Source: Pseudomonas phage HPP-Temi. Taken from it: a stretch of 64,000 nt of DNA. A program made the position numbers and the translations under genes. Within the stretch, counting starts at the first letter, position 1; the number at the start of each line of letters is the position of its first letter. The notes beneath the pieces were generated by a model. It saw only the letters and a program-made list of their open reading frames with translations. It had not been told where the DNA came from and did no database searches. Below are positions 39,047-49,007 of the stretch, piece after piece. The stretch is taken from the sequence record PP968062.1, one strand, 5' to 3'.

Positions 39047-40294
39047 TTATTGAGTTAAGCGGAAAGCTTGTAAGAACAAATCATTGTTCAGCAATGTCTC
39101 TAGATTCTCTTCTGCTTGCTTGTGATGTAACTCACGCCGGCGTGCAGGGCGGAAGAATTCTAAGACAGAATCAAACATACCACGATTGTTCGAGAAATCT
39201 TTAATGATGTCATCAATAGCTTTTATGTCGTCACTCATAGCAGCTTTATCTTTAGCTGTATCAGAACGGCGAAGCTGAGCGATAAGATCACGACGCACTT
39301 TCATAATGCGTTCACGGGGATCATCGTAACGGGCAGAGAAGTTAAACTCGTCTACTTCGGCATTTATTATGATCACAAGCATAACTAGTGGGGAGAACCA
39401 CAACATAGCTAGTGCGTGGATAATCATCATGAAGTAACCGGTTTCCCGATGTTCGAGTCCGTAGTACTTATCAAACTTATGCAAACATGTGGCGAGGTCA
39501 CGACTATAACCCAAACGACTGGCAAACATATCTGCCATTTGTTCTTCACGACGCATTGCCGTAACGGGGTTATTCATCAGGTGGTGTCGTGGGGCTTTCT
39601 TATAAGCAGAAAGGATGGCACGACGCACATTGCCAACATCTGAACGATCGTTGATATAGGCTTCGTATTCTTCTGGCTTCAGGTTATCTTTGAGCCATTT
39701 GTCGGTGAAGATCTCCAACTTGAATACGTTCTGTTTCTTACCTTGCAGGATCTCGATCCCGTCAGTCAGGTAATAGTTGAGCCAAACGTAATCACCCATG
39801 TACATGAAGACGTTGAAGGTGTGACCGATTTCGTGAATCAGTGCAGCTGCTACTTCACGAATTGTAAAGCCCAGTTTCTCACTAATGAATCCCAGGGAGA
39901 TATAGACTTTAAATTTGAGTTCGTCAGCAAGACCACCTTTAACATGGACGTTCTTTACATCGATAACTGTTTCCAGTTTACGAGGGTCGTTATAGCTGTT
40001 CTCAGCGCGAAGCCGTTTGTGAGCATTATACCAAGTACCGCTGTGACCCAAGGCCATCATTTCAATACTGACGCCAGCATCCAGACCAGTATCGCCAGAA
40101 ATGGTGAAGTCGTAATTGATACCAGTTTCAGCTTTCAGTTCCGCTGTAAAATCTGTAAGGAGTTTGACCGGAATGATTTTGTCTTTTGCGTATGCTTCCC
40201 GAATCAGAGTAATGTATTTCTCCGTGATCGGGCCAATGTTGGACTTAGCTCCAACAGCTAGCATCTCTTGAGAGATAGTGAATCGGTTATACAT
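39047..40294 (-). CDS. putative membrane-anchored zinc metallopeptidase (HEIGH motif), 415 aa
   Basis: VAAALIHEIGHTFNV HExxH motif plus a TM segment, FMMIIHALAMLWFSPLVMLVIIINA. Confidence 0.5.
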   Translation of the reverse strand: MYNRFTISQEMLAVGAKSNIGPITEKYITLIREAYAKDKIIPVKLLTDFTAELKAETGINYDFTISGDTGLDAGVSIEMMALGHSGTWYNAHKRLRAENSYNDPRKLETVIDVKNVHVKGGLADELKFKVYISLGFISEKLGFTIREVAAALIHEIGHTFNVFMYMGDYVWLNYYLTDGIEILQGKKQNVFKLEIFTDKWLKDNLKPEEYEAYINDRSDVGNVRRAILSAYKKAPRHHLMNNPVTAMRREEQMADMFASRLGYSRDLATCLHKFDKYYGLEHRETGYFMMIIHALAMLWFSPLVMLVIIINAEVDEFNFSARYDDPRERIMKVRRDLIAQLRRSDTAKDKAAMSDDIKAIDDIIKDFSNNRGMFDSVLEFFRPARRRELHHKQAEENLETLLNNDLFLQAFRLTQ

Positions 40295-40354
40295 GAGAGT
40301 GGCCTACTCGTCAGTTTTATTAATCATAAAGTAAAGCTCGAATGAGAGATTACT

Positions 40355-40400
40355 GGGGTGATTAATACTACGTGTTTTAAGATTTAAAAAGGAACTCGAA
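40355..40400 (+). promoter_or_regulatory. possible early-type promoter variant (TTAATACTAC) in the divergent intergenic region
   Basis: AT-rich; about 30 nt before the ATG at 40401; one-off from TATATTAC. Confidence 0.3.
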
Positions 40401-42113
40401 ATGAGTGATGATATTTCTTTTAGTAAAGAAGATGTAGTTGGTATCGAAGCTAAACATATTACTTACGTTACCGACCGTAACCATCGCAAGCATGACTTGC
40501 ACGTTGTTAAAGAGGTCATCCATCTTAAGGACAAGCGTCGGATTCCTCGTCTCCGTTTTATTGAGGATTATGAACGTCCTTGGTGGTTGGACCCTGAGGC
40601 CAACAAGAAAGAAGGGCAACGTTCTTACACTGAGAAGAAAGACTACGAATATGAGAAGAAACTCCTCAAACGTAAGTCTACTCAAATTAACATGCCGCAC
40701 GCTATCGCTAAAGCTCTTGGTGATTACAGCATGGGTCCTAACCCACGGATGCGTCAACTGAGTCGTAGTCCTTATCTGTACGGTTCTGACGTTAGCTCTG
40801 TTTGCTATCTGAAGAACGACTATCGAATGGCTGCTCCTGATCTGATCTCTCGTAACACTGTCGCTGGTGGCGACATTGAGACCAACGTTTACGAAGATGG
40901 TAAAGATGGTGAGATCATCTGCATGTCCGTATCGTTTAAAGATAAAGTCTATCTGGCTTATCTGAAACGTTGGGTAAGTGACCTCAAAGATCCTATACAA
41001 GAAACCTTTGATGAACTGGAACGTATCCCTGAGTTGGTTGCTCTTCGTAAGGGACGTAATCTGAACATCGAGATCGAAGTAGTTGATCAACCGGTTCACA
41101 TCGTAATTAACTGCATAAAGCGTCTCCACAAATGGAAGCCTGACTTCTTCTCCTTCTGGAACATCAGCTTCGACATGAGTCGAATCCTGAAAACTCTGGA
41201 AGACGCTGGTGTTGATCCGGCGGTTGTATTTAGTGATCCGTCTGTACCGGCTAACTACAAGTACTTCCACTTCCGTCAAGATCAAGCGATGACCACTACG
41301 GCATCGGGTGTAACCAAGTCTAAAGGTCCAGAAGACCAATGGCACTGGATTACTTGCCCTGCATCTTTCCAACCGATCGATGCGATGTCTACTTACCGTG
41401 TAACTCGTCTGGCTAAAGGTAAGGAACCGTCTTACGCGCTTGATTACATTCTGAAGAAAGAACTCAACGTCGATGAAGATGCTGAGATTCTGGGTGAAGG
41501 TGATCTGGTTAAGTTCCAGAAAGGTCTCGACAAACTGTTAGCTGAACGTCCGGGTAGTTATCCTTATCTGTTCGTTAACTACAGCGGTAAAGAAGATGAC
41601 TGGACTCCGGTTGAACACTTCACTTGGGGTGACACTGTAAACCTGGGTAACCATGTTCGTTACACCATGAACTTTGGTAAGCTTAAGTTCCCTGAAACTG
41701 ATCACCTCGGAGGGATCGAATGGCACATTGAGATGCAGAAGAACCACAAGGTTCGTTATGGTCTTTACAACATCATCGACTCCATTCGTCTGGAGCAACT
41801 CGATGAGAAGATCAATGACCTTGCCAGTTCTATTACTCTGTTCTCGAAGTCTTCCGACTATAAGAACTTTAGCTCTAACCCGAAGCGTCTTTGTGACGAC
41901 ATGCACTTCTGGTATCTGAACCGTCCTGAGCCGTGTGTCATTGGTACTAGCTCTGACCAAATGGTTCACGAGCTCGATCAGTACGTAGTGGGTCACGATA
42001 GCTGGATTGTTACACTGCCTTCTTACATGGCTGGTCCGAACGGATTGAAGTGTGTTAAGGACTTACCTGATTACAAGACTTTGATCTTTAGCCACGTAGC
42101 TGATTTGGATTAA
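40401..42113 (+). CDS. DEDDy 3'-5' exonuclease-domain protein of the family-B DNA polymerase type, 570 aa
   Basis: Exo I GGDIETN, Exo II FWNISFDMSRIL and Exo III SYALDYIL at T4-like spacing. Downstream SYPYLF and WGDT weakly resemble pol motifs A and C, but the protein is too short for a full polymerase. Confidence 0.6.
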   Translation: MSDDISFSKEDVVGIEAKHITYVTDRNHRKHDLHVVKEVIHLKDKRRIPRLRFIEDYERPWWLDPEANKKEGQRSYTEKKDYEYEKKLLKRKSTQINMPHAIAKALGDYSMGPNPRMRQLSRSPYLYGSDVSSVCYLKNDYRMAAPDLISRNTVAGGDIETNVYEDGKDGEIICMSVSFKDKVYLAYLKRWVSDLKDPIQETFDELERIPELVALRKGRNLNIEIEVVDQPVHIVINCIKRLHKWKPDFFSFWNISFDMSRILKTLEDAGVDPAVVFSDPSVPANYKYFHFRQDQAMTTTASGVTKSKGPEDQWHWITCPASFQPIDAMSTYRVTRLAKGKEPSYALDYILKKELNVDEDAEILGEGDLVKFQKGLDKLLAERPGSYPYLFVNYSGKEDDWTPVEHFTWGDTVNLGNHVRYTMNFGKLKFPETDHLGGIEWHIEMQKNHKVRYGLYNIIDSIRLEQLDEKINDLASSITLFSKSSDYKNFSSNPKRLCDDMHFWYLNRPEPCVIGTSSDQMVHELDQYVVGHDSWIVTLPSYMAGPNGLKCVKDLPDYKTLIFSHVADLD

Positions 42114-42141
42114 ATATACGTAAAGATGATATTTCCTGTTA

Positions 42142-43497
42142 TTGTATACAGGAGATATTAACATGATAAATAATGACATGCGTTACTTACCTCACTCTGG
42201 TCGACGGTATATGGTCAGTCGTTGTGGTAAGGTGTATGATACGAGTGGTATTGAGATAAAGCCTAATGGTGGTAACGTCAGATTAACTTGGTTAAATGGC
42301 GACGATAGTTATTCGGTGGGCATGTTAGTAATTGTAACATACCAGCCTATATACCTACCTGATCACCTTTGGATAAAAATCGAACCTCTTCATCTAGATT
42401 GTGACCCTAACAATAATCATGTCGATAATTTGCGGTATCGTTTCGTAAATGGTAAATTGGAGTATGAAGCAATTCCAGGCTTCTACTATATTCCACATTA
42501 CACCAAATATGTAATCGATATTTACGGAAATATGCTCACTGCTGAAAATGGCAGAGATAAGACTTGGGGTTATGTAAAGTCAGATCTAGAACGTAATTCG
42601 AAAGGTGGATACAGATTTACACGAGTCGTTAATGAACCCGGTGTTAATTCTGTGCTACTTAGACATAGAGCGTTGTGTTTTGTGTTTAAACCAGTTGAGC
42701 GTGCAAGTGATTATGACTTGCTCGTAAACCACATTGATGGCGTACCAGGTAACGATAACTTAGACAATTTGGAATGGGCGACGTATGCAGAGAATAACAA
42801 GCATGCTCACGCCAACGGTCTAAGTGGTGGTAAAGCTAAAGGTGTACTGATGCGTAATATTGAAACCGGTGAACTGAGTAAATTCGCAACCACTAAAGAG
42901 GCGGCGAAAAGTCTTGGGCATGGTTCCAATGCACAAATACGACATCGCTTAAGACATGGTCAAACCATCCACTATCTCGATAATTTACAATTCAAATGGG
43001 ATGATGGTACCGACTGGCTGGATGTGGATATAACCACACCTGCTATTGAATGTAAAATCGGTACAATGATGGCTTCTCGAAATGTCTTAACTGGTGAAGT
43101 CAGAACTTTCGGATCATTTGAAGAAGGTGAGAAATTAACTGGTATTGACAAACAGACGATTGCAATTCATATTCGTGATAATCAGATTGTTCCTTTCCAA
43201 GGTTTTAATTTTGGTTGGTACAAAGAAGGCATGGAATGGCCTATTCATTCTGATATTAACATGAAGGCCTACAAGAAATATCCGACACGTACGCCTGACC
43301 CAATTATTGTGGAAGACATGATACTTGGGGATAAAGTAATCGTGGAAAGTAGGAATGAATTAGCTACTCTTCTTAAGATCAGTCCCAGTTATGCTACTCA
43401 ACTTGTGTCAAACGCAATGATTTATCAGGATAGGTACAAAATGACCTATCATCGTTTACGTGACAACATTTTAGTCCCATCAAGTTGGAATACTTGA
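42142..43497 (+). mobile_element. HNH homing-endonuclease-like gene, 451 aa
   Basis: LLVNHIDGVPGNDNLDNLEWATYAENNKHAHANG is a canonical HNH motif, and a second HNH-like block, LHLDCDPNNNHVDNLRY, is present. The gene sits free-standing right after the exonuclease/polymerase-like gene. Confidence 0.65.
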
Positions 43498-43712
43498 TGC
43501 AAACTTCTTTAATTGCCGGGGAAATCCTTAGAGACATGTACACCAAATCCATGTAGTGATACATGGACGGCCAGATTAACTACCTGGGTATGGTAAAAGA
43601 GACATGTATTGGGTGATCCGCAGCGAAGCTTCTCTCTGAGAAGAACGTTCAACGACTATCGAAACCACTGCGCAAGCAGACAAGGGAGTAGAGTAGGATC
43701 AAGTGATCCGAA

Positions 43713-44066
43713 ATGGGAAGCATCCGATCCTCGCAAGAGAAGGATGGTGATATAGTCTCCACATCCAGGGAAAGCCTGGAGCAGCACGTTATAGTGCGGA
43801 TAGAGCGTAACGAACTCTATCGAAGATACTGGATTGTCAGTACTTATCCGAACGTTAGCCAGATTCTCAACATTGCTCGGGAAACAACTGTCATGGAATT
43901 CTCCATGATGAAAGATATCTCTGAGCATCATCGTCGAGAAGTAGGGGTGAACTTAACTGGTGGTCGTGTCAACGCTATTGAGATCTGCCAGAAGATCATG
44001 AAAGCTCCGAAGTTGGATGAGATGTTGAAGCTCTACATGGAGAAGAAGGCTAACTCCCCAAAGTAA
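43713..44066 (+). CDS. hypothetical protein, 117 aa
   Basis: ORF after a 215-bp non-coding stretch. Confidence 0.4.
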   Translation: MGSIRSSQEKDGDIVSTSRESLEQHVIVRIERNELYRRYWIVSTYPNVSQILNIARETTVMEFSMMKDISEHHRREVGVNLTGGRVNAIEICQKIMKAPKLDEMLKLYMEKKANSPK

Positions 44067-44143
44067 CATATCGATGGAAACGCCGCGGAGGATACGAATG
44101 TTCCTCCGTTGGTGATAAGCGGTTCTCTGCTCTTAATGCTCAA

Positions 44144-44431
44144 ATGCCAGATGGTCGTACAATCGAGATGCACTATCAATGTGACATCAAAGGTTATGAA
44201 CCAGGTGGTACTAATTGGAAGCTTGGTAAAGGTAAACCTCCATTAGCTTCTATAAACTCCTGGGAGGCCTATTACGGGCTTTGGGAGACTTGGGCTAAGG
44301 CAAACCCTGACTTGATGAAAGAACTTCGTATAGGAGCCGATAAGAACGAAGGATATCTTTCTGATGTCTTTGCATCGACTAGTATTTCACAGGCTCGTGC
44401 TCTAGCAGAACTTTTGAACAAAGGCTATTGA
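44144..44431 (+). CDS. hypothetical protein, 95 aa
   Basis: ORF ending at a bidirectional hairpin. Confidence 0.45.
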   Translation: MPDGRTIEMHYQCDIKGYEPGGTNWKLGKGKPPLASINSWEAYYGLWETWAKANPDLMKELRIGADKNEGYLSDVFASTSISQARALAELLNKGY

Positions 44432-44469
44432 CAACATATTGCCCGGCTTAAGGCCGGGCTTTATGTCGT
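44432..44469. terminator. bidirectional hairpin (gcccggc-ttaa-ggccgggc) with CATATTG / CTTTATGTCGTT flanks
   Basis: Mirror image of the 37003 copy; at a convergence point. Confidence 0.6.
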
Positions 44470-45122
44470 TAAGCTTTACCAATCAAATCTAGAACAGGTC
44501 GCCAACCATAGTTAGCCATACCTGAATCAGCTATTTCGGTCGTGGTACCGATTAGCTGGTTATACCCGCGTGCGCGGTGAAACTGTGGATCAGCAGCGGA
44601 TTCTTCTTGGACCCAGCAAGCACTTCCTACTACAGAGGGAGCACACCCCAATTCAACATTCGTGAAACTAGCTAATACTGGATTATAGTTAGCTGACCTA
44701 CCCACGCCTAGTGGATACATCCAACGCTCCCACTCGCCACCCCAACTTATCGTGTTAGATACAACATTCTTAGTTGTACCGGTCATAACTCGAACACGAA
44801 ACTGATGTCTACCGATTTGGATGATCTTACCAAAGATAAGATCTTTCGCATTTAGTTCAGTCCATCGAATGTTGTTTCTCAATTGCTGTTTAGCAATGTA
44901 GATAAGTTTCCCGTTTTCCACCATTTTTAACCAACCGCCCGCGGTTGCAATAGGCGTACCTTCGGTGATACCAACGAGGTTAGCAAAAGCCAAAGGTCCA
45001 GGTAAGCCTTCTACAAACTCACCATAAAAGCCATGGAGAGAACTACCAGAGATAAGTTCTTGCGGGCCAGGTGGTAATGTGTCATCGTACATCTTAAGTA
45101 CGGAAAGCAATGACTCGAACAT
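44469..45122 (-). CDS. hypothetical protein, 217 aa
   Basis: ORF. Confidence 0.55.
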   Translation of the reverse strand: MFESLLSVLKMYDDTLPPGPQELISGSSLHGFYGEFVEGLPGPLAFANLVGITEGTPIATAGGWLKMVENGKLIYIAKQQLRNNIRWTELNAKDLIFGKIIQIGRHQFRVRVMTGTTKNVVSNTISWGGEWERWMYPLGVGRSANYNPVLASFTNVELGCAPSVVGSACWVQEESAADPQFHRARGYNQLIGTTTEIADSGMANYGWRPVLDLIGKA

Positions 45123-45156
45123 ATGTAATCCTGCTCTTCTAAAAACCTATACCGTT

Positions 45157-45193
45157 GACGGCATAAGCCCTCCCCGAAGGGAGGGCGTTATGT
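45157..45193 (-). terminator. hairpin (gccctcccc-gaa-gggagggc) with GGCATAAG / GTTATG flanks
   Basis: Family member. Confidence 0.55.
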
Positions 45194-46639
45194 TTATTGT
45201 ACTTGTTGGAAGTACTGGAGCAGCAGAGGCTGGCGCTTGGTCGGGAATAGGGATACCAGACTCGGAACGTCGTACTGGGTACGAGCTTCTTTGTTCTCAT
45301 CAGCGAAGATGAAGAACAGAGTCAGAATCTGGATATGGGATTCCTGCACACCACCTTGTACGCTAAGGCCGTCGGTGAAACGGAAAGCGTGGCTGTCATC
45401 AAACAGACCAGGAGATTGGCGGTTCTCGGTAATGAACTTACGAACGATCTCCATGCCATTCTTGAAGCCAATCGGATCTTCAAGGTTGATAACATAACGA
45501 ATAACGTTGTCGAGTTGCTTCTGGGCCATGACACCAGTTTGGGGAGTCAAGGGTTTGCCAGGAGCACAGATCTCTTTGTATTTCTTGAGAGTTTCTTCGA
45601 TGTAGGATTGGTTCACTTCGGTAAGTCCTTCGTAGGAGAGTTGGATACGAACAGCTTCGACGTCTACTTTCGGAGCAGCCGCAGTCGGAATAGCACCGGT
45701 CAGATGAATGGTTTCAGTGGTTTGACCAGTTTGAGCTTTGTAAGCCAGGATAACGTCTTCAGGAGCATTGCTCTTGCTAACCAGAATCAGACGCTCTTTC
45801 AGTTCAACTGCAAGAGACGGTTCACTGGTAGCACCTTCAGGCCGGATCTCACCAAGAGCCCAGCTTTCGAGTTCTTGAGTAGTCCACTGAGTTGCCTTAC
45901 GAGCAAAACGAGTGATGTCAGATTTCCAAGCACCTTTAGAAGTTTTGTCGGGAACAATACCGCTAACAAGGAACTCTTTGCACTGCTGTGGATTCCAAGC
46001 GAGGTCGAGAGTAGCTTCACGGCGTTGATGTTCAACAATAACTTCTTTCAGAACATTGTAACGAACATCTTCAACAAGCTCACCTTTGATATACTGTTCG
46101 AGTTCTTCTTTAGTCCAACCCGATACCGGAGTATCAACTAGAGGTTTGACTTCCTCAACTACCTCTGGTTCAGAAATAGCTGTGGTAGCTTCTTCTCGAA
46201 GAAGATCGACTAGAGCAGGAGTAGGTTCTGGATCAGCCAGCTCTTCTTCTGTTTCACCTTCGGGAGGAAAATCAGTAGTCTCTTCGAGATCACTTTCTTC
46301 TTCGCCTTTGGGATCATCGCCATCTTCGGCTTCAAGACGAGCTAGCTCCATCTCGGATTCCGTGTCGGTATCGAACTTATCAACAACTTCACTGCAAGTC
46401 AACATCCGACCGTCGTCATCATAGAACGCCTCACGGTGGAGTGCAGCTAGAACAGGAGCTACGACCGCTGCTACTTCGTTGTCATCATGATCTTCGAAGG
46501 CAGCTTGTAGATCTTCAAAAGAAAGGGGACCGTATTCAGCCGGAGGCTCTTGGGGAGTTTCCGGAATAACGGAGGTAACAGGCTCTACAGGTTTAGTAAC
46601 GGTAGGGATAGAGAAACCACGATTGCGATTTTTAGCCAT
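45194..46639 (-). CDS. acidic hypothetical protein, 481 aa (D/E-rich N-terminal half)
   Basis: Long ORF. Confidence 0.6.
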   Translation of the reverse strand: MAKNRNRGFSIPTVTKPVEPVTSVIPETPQEPPAEYGPLSFEDLQAAFEDHDDNEVAAVVAPVLAALHREAFYDDDGRMLTCSEVVDKFDTDTESEMELARLEAEDGDDPKGEEESDLEETTDFPPEGETEEELADPEPTPALVDLLREEATTAISEPEVVEEVKPLVDTPVSGWTKEELEQYIKGELVEDVRYNVLKEVIVEHQRREATLDLAWNPQQCKEFLVSGIVPDKTSKGAWKSDITRFARKATQWTTQELESWALGEIRPEGATSEPSLAVELKERLILVSKSNAPEDVILAYKAQTGQTTETIHLTGAIPTAAAPKVDVEAVRIQLSYEGLTEVNQSYIEETLKKYKEICAPGKPLTPQTGVMAQKQLDNVIRYVINLEDPIGFKNGMEIVRKFITENRQSPGLFDDSHAFRFTDGLSVQGGVQESHIQILTLFFIFADENKEARTQYDVPSLVSLFPTKRQPLLLQYFQQVQ

Positions 46640-46659
46640 GGGTATTTCCTAGTTTGTGA

Positions 46660-46700
46660 ATAGTCAAAGAATTAGGGGAATTGGTAAGATTCCCCTTAGT
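46660..46700 (-). terminator. rho-independent terminator (aggggaat...attcccct plus a U-rich tail on minus)
   Basis: After the stop of gene 46702..48045. Confidence 0.55.
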
Positions 46701-46701
46701 C

Positions 46702-48045
46702 TTAAGAGAGTCGGCGGACAGGGTCCCATTTAACAGTCTTCAGGGTAGCACTGTGCATCTTCTTCAGAAAGATACTCAGGAAGCGACCACCCACCCCAGC
46801 GGCAGCTGCGGGAATACCGTTTGGGTTCTCAGCAAGAGCTTTACCTGCACAAGTAGCACAGATGTTTTTGTCTCGACCAAGAATACCTTTCTCAACGTCG
46901 CGACCGGTCTTACAAGTCATTGGCCCACGAACATCGATAATATCCCCCATCAGTCCATCAATGTTTTCAGATGTAATCAGAATGGATTCCCCATTCTTAA
47001 CCATCGTGTAACCGACAAGTTCTTTTGCATTGAACTTATCAACACGGGTCGGAACACCGATATGAGTTTTGCAGTCCGGTTCGATAATCCGTACAGTACC
47101 AACCATTCGATAAATCGTCTTAGTCGATTCACCACCCAGAGCAGTCTGAGCACCACGGCTATAGGAACCATAACGCAGAGAGTTGTTCATTACAGGCATG
47201 TGGTCTGTATCGATACCTTCTTCGAGAGATTTAGAGATCAACTCAACAGAAGTACCATCAGAGAACGGAGATTCACCACCAAATAAATAGTGAACTTTCT
47301 TACGGACACCACCGAAGAGCTTAGCGTGTTTAGCATCGTAGAATTCATACGACTCGTCATCAGCCAAATACCCTTCATCCAGCTTGATCAGTTCGTTACC
47401 GATCTTAGCCACGATGGCTGGATCAGTAAGCTGGTCTTTATACTGTTCCAGAAGAGCAGCACGGACCTTATCGCGATCAGGGTGGGCAGTCATCGACTTA
47501 CGAGTTACCGACGTCACAAGGCTGTCTGCATACGCAGGAATAGCCAAGCAATGGTCAGCGAACATTAGATACTGCCAAACATAGATCTTACCGTCAGGAG
47601 CACGTTCAGTAACGTTACCATCCTCACGGTCATCGATCATTCGGTCCAGGAGTTCGTTCTCAATCTTGGACGGACTGAAATAGCCAGTCTGGAATGGGAA
47701 GATATCTCCGAAAGGAATTACCAAGCAAAGGTAGTTAACGAATACGTTACCATAGGTAGTGCGTACAGGCTCGGTACCTTTATAGTTCTCGATTTCACCC
47801 GGTTGAAGGATGAATTCATCGCGGAAGTGCAGAGGTGCACGTCCTTCAATGTAATCTTCGATGTAGATCTTTTCATCGCCATTAGGCATGTAGAACCACA
47901 TCCGCCCTTCACCGAAGTGGGGCTTGTACGGCATGTCGGGAACGTCGTCATTATTAAGAACAACGTTGAACAAACTGTTCATCCAAGCACGCTTCTTACA
48001 GAGACCAGCTTTGATCCCTAAAAGGAAATAGTCACGCAGTTTCAT
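46702..48045 (-). CDS. RNA polymerase beta-prime-like fragment (bridge-helix to trigger-loop region), 447 aa
   Basis: [20 protein letters not shown] resembles the RpoC bridge helix [31 protein letters not shown] resembles [41 protein letters not shown]...AAAGVGGRF resembles [21 protein letters not shown]...[11 protein letters not shown]. Confidence 0.65.
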   Translation of the reverse strand: [447 protein letters not shown]

Positions 48046-48916
48046 TTAGCTGCCCCATTTTGATTTCGATCTCACGGATCTCACGTTCCATAATCATTCG
48101 TTCCATGTCGTTCTCAGTGTATTCATCGAGAGACATCTTGACAGTACGGAAGATACCATCCAGGGGAAGATCGGAGAAGAATGCCAGGCCAACCATTTCA
48201 TAGGCTGCTGCTTGAGCACCTTTATTATCGAGTGAGTCCATGCTACTGGTCAGGAGTTCTAGCCAAGGACGACCGATACGCATACCTGCATTAGAGAGTT
48301 CCAGAACCATACTGAACTTATCACGACCCAGAGTAGATAGGAGACGGTTCAGTACACGGATACGAGATACAGGTGCGGTATATTCATCGACATGACCACG
48401 AGTCATCATTGTATCCTGAACGAGTCCTTTCAAAGCCTCAACAAACGATACAGATACTTCTTGAATCAATGGCCACATCTCATCAAAAGATTGACGTTCA
48501 AACATTGGTACAAGATGAGCAAGGATCTCTTCATTATCGAAGTCTCCTTGTAGGATCAATTCAATCTGATCCGGAAGAATATAGTGAGGTATGCCCAAGA
48601 TGGTACGAACTACAGCAAGACGTTGTTCTTGAGTAGCTTCATCCGATACCTTAATTTCATGGGCAGCCAGGACTTGATCATGTGCCACACGAATGATGTC
48701 GTCGATACGACCGAGTAACATCATTGTGTCAGCATAGTCATCCGCAATCGAACAGACTGTATGCAGTTCATCCAGAGCTGCCGAGTAATCCATTTCCTCT
48801 AGGGAAGCTACACAGTCGAGCATGATTTCTTTACGTTCTTCCATCACCAGAGGAGTGAGGATACTATCAAGCATTTCTTTCATTGGAATTATCCTGTATA
48901 AATGAATATCTAACAT
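48032..48916 (-). CDS. possible RNA polymerase beta-prime fragment carrying a degenerate catalytic-loop motif (GDFDNEEILAHLVP, against NADFDGDQMAVHVP), 294 aa
   Basis: Directly upstream of, and overlapping, the beta-prime fragment; only a short motif match. Confidence 0.4.
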   Translation of the reverse strand: MLDIHLYRIIPMKEMLDSILTPLVMEERKEIMLDCVASLEEMDYSAALDELHTVCSIADDYADTMMLLGRIDDIIRVAHDQVLAAHEIKVSDEATQEQRLAVVRTILGIPHYILPDQIELILQGDFDNEEILAHLVPMFERQSFDEMWPLIQEVSVSFVEALKGLVQDTMMTRGHVDEYTAPVSRIRVLNRLLSTLGRDKFSMVLELSNAGMRIGRPWLELLTSSMDSLDNKGAQAAAYEMVGLAFFSDLPLDGIFRTVKMSLDEYTENDMERMIMEREIREIEIKMGQLNETA

Positions 48917-48969
48917 ACGGTTAGGTTGCTGGTATTCTTTATAAACCGTGAAAAGTTACGTTTCCTGTT

Positions 48970-49007
48970 ACATCTATGTTACTACACTATTTCCCAATGG
49001 AGCTTCA
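48970..49007 (+). promoter_or_regulatory. possible early-type promoter variant (TATGTTACTAC), 35 nt before the gene at 49008
   Basis: One mismatch to TATATTAC; divergent AT-rich intergenic region. Confidence 0.3.

Noticed and set aside
43498-43712. Non-coding stretch after the HNH gene checked for a tRNA.
   Set aside because: No cloverleaf with acceptor/anticodon stems could be found by eye. It is kept only as a possible intron-related region.
45335-46141. Plus-strand 268-aa ORF antisense to the acidic 481-aa gene.
   Set aside because: Shadow ORF.
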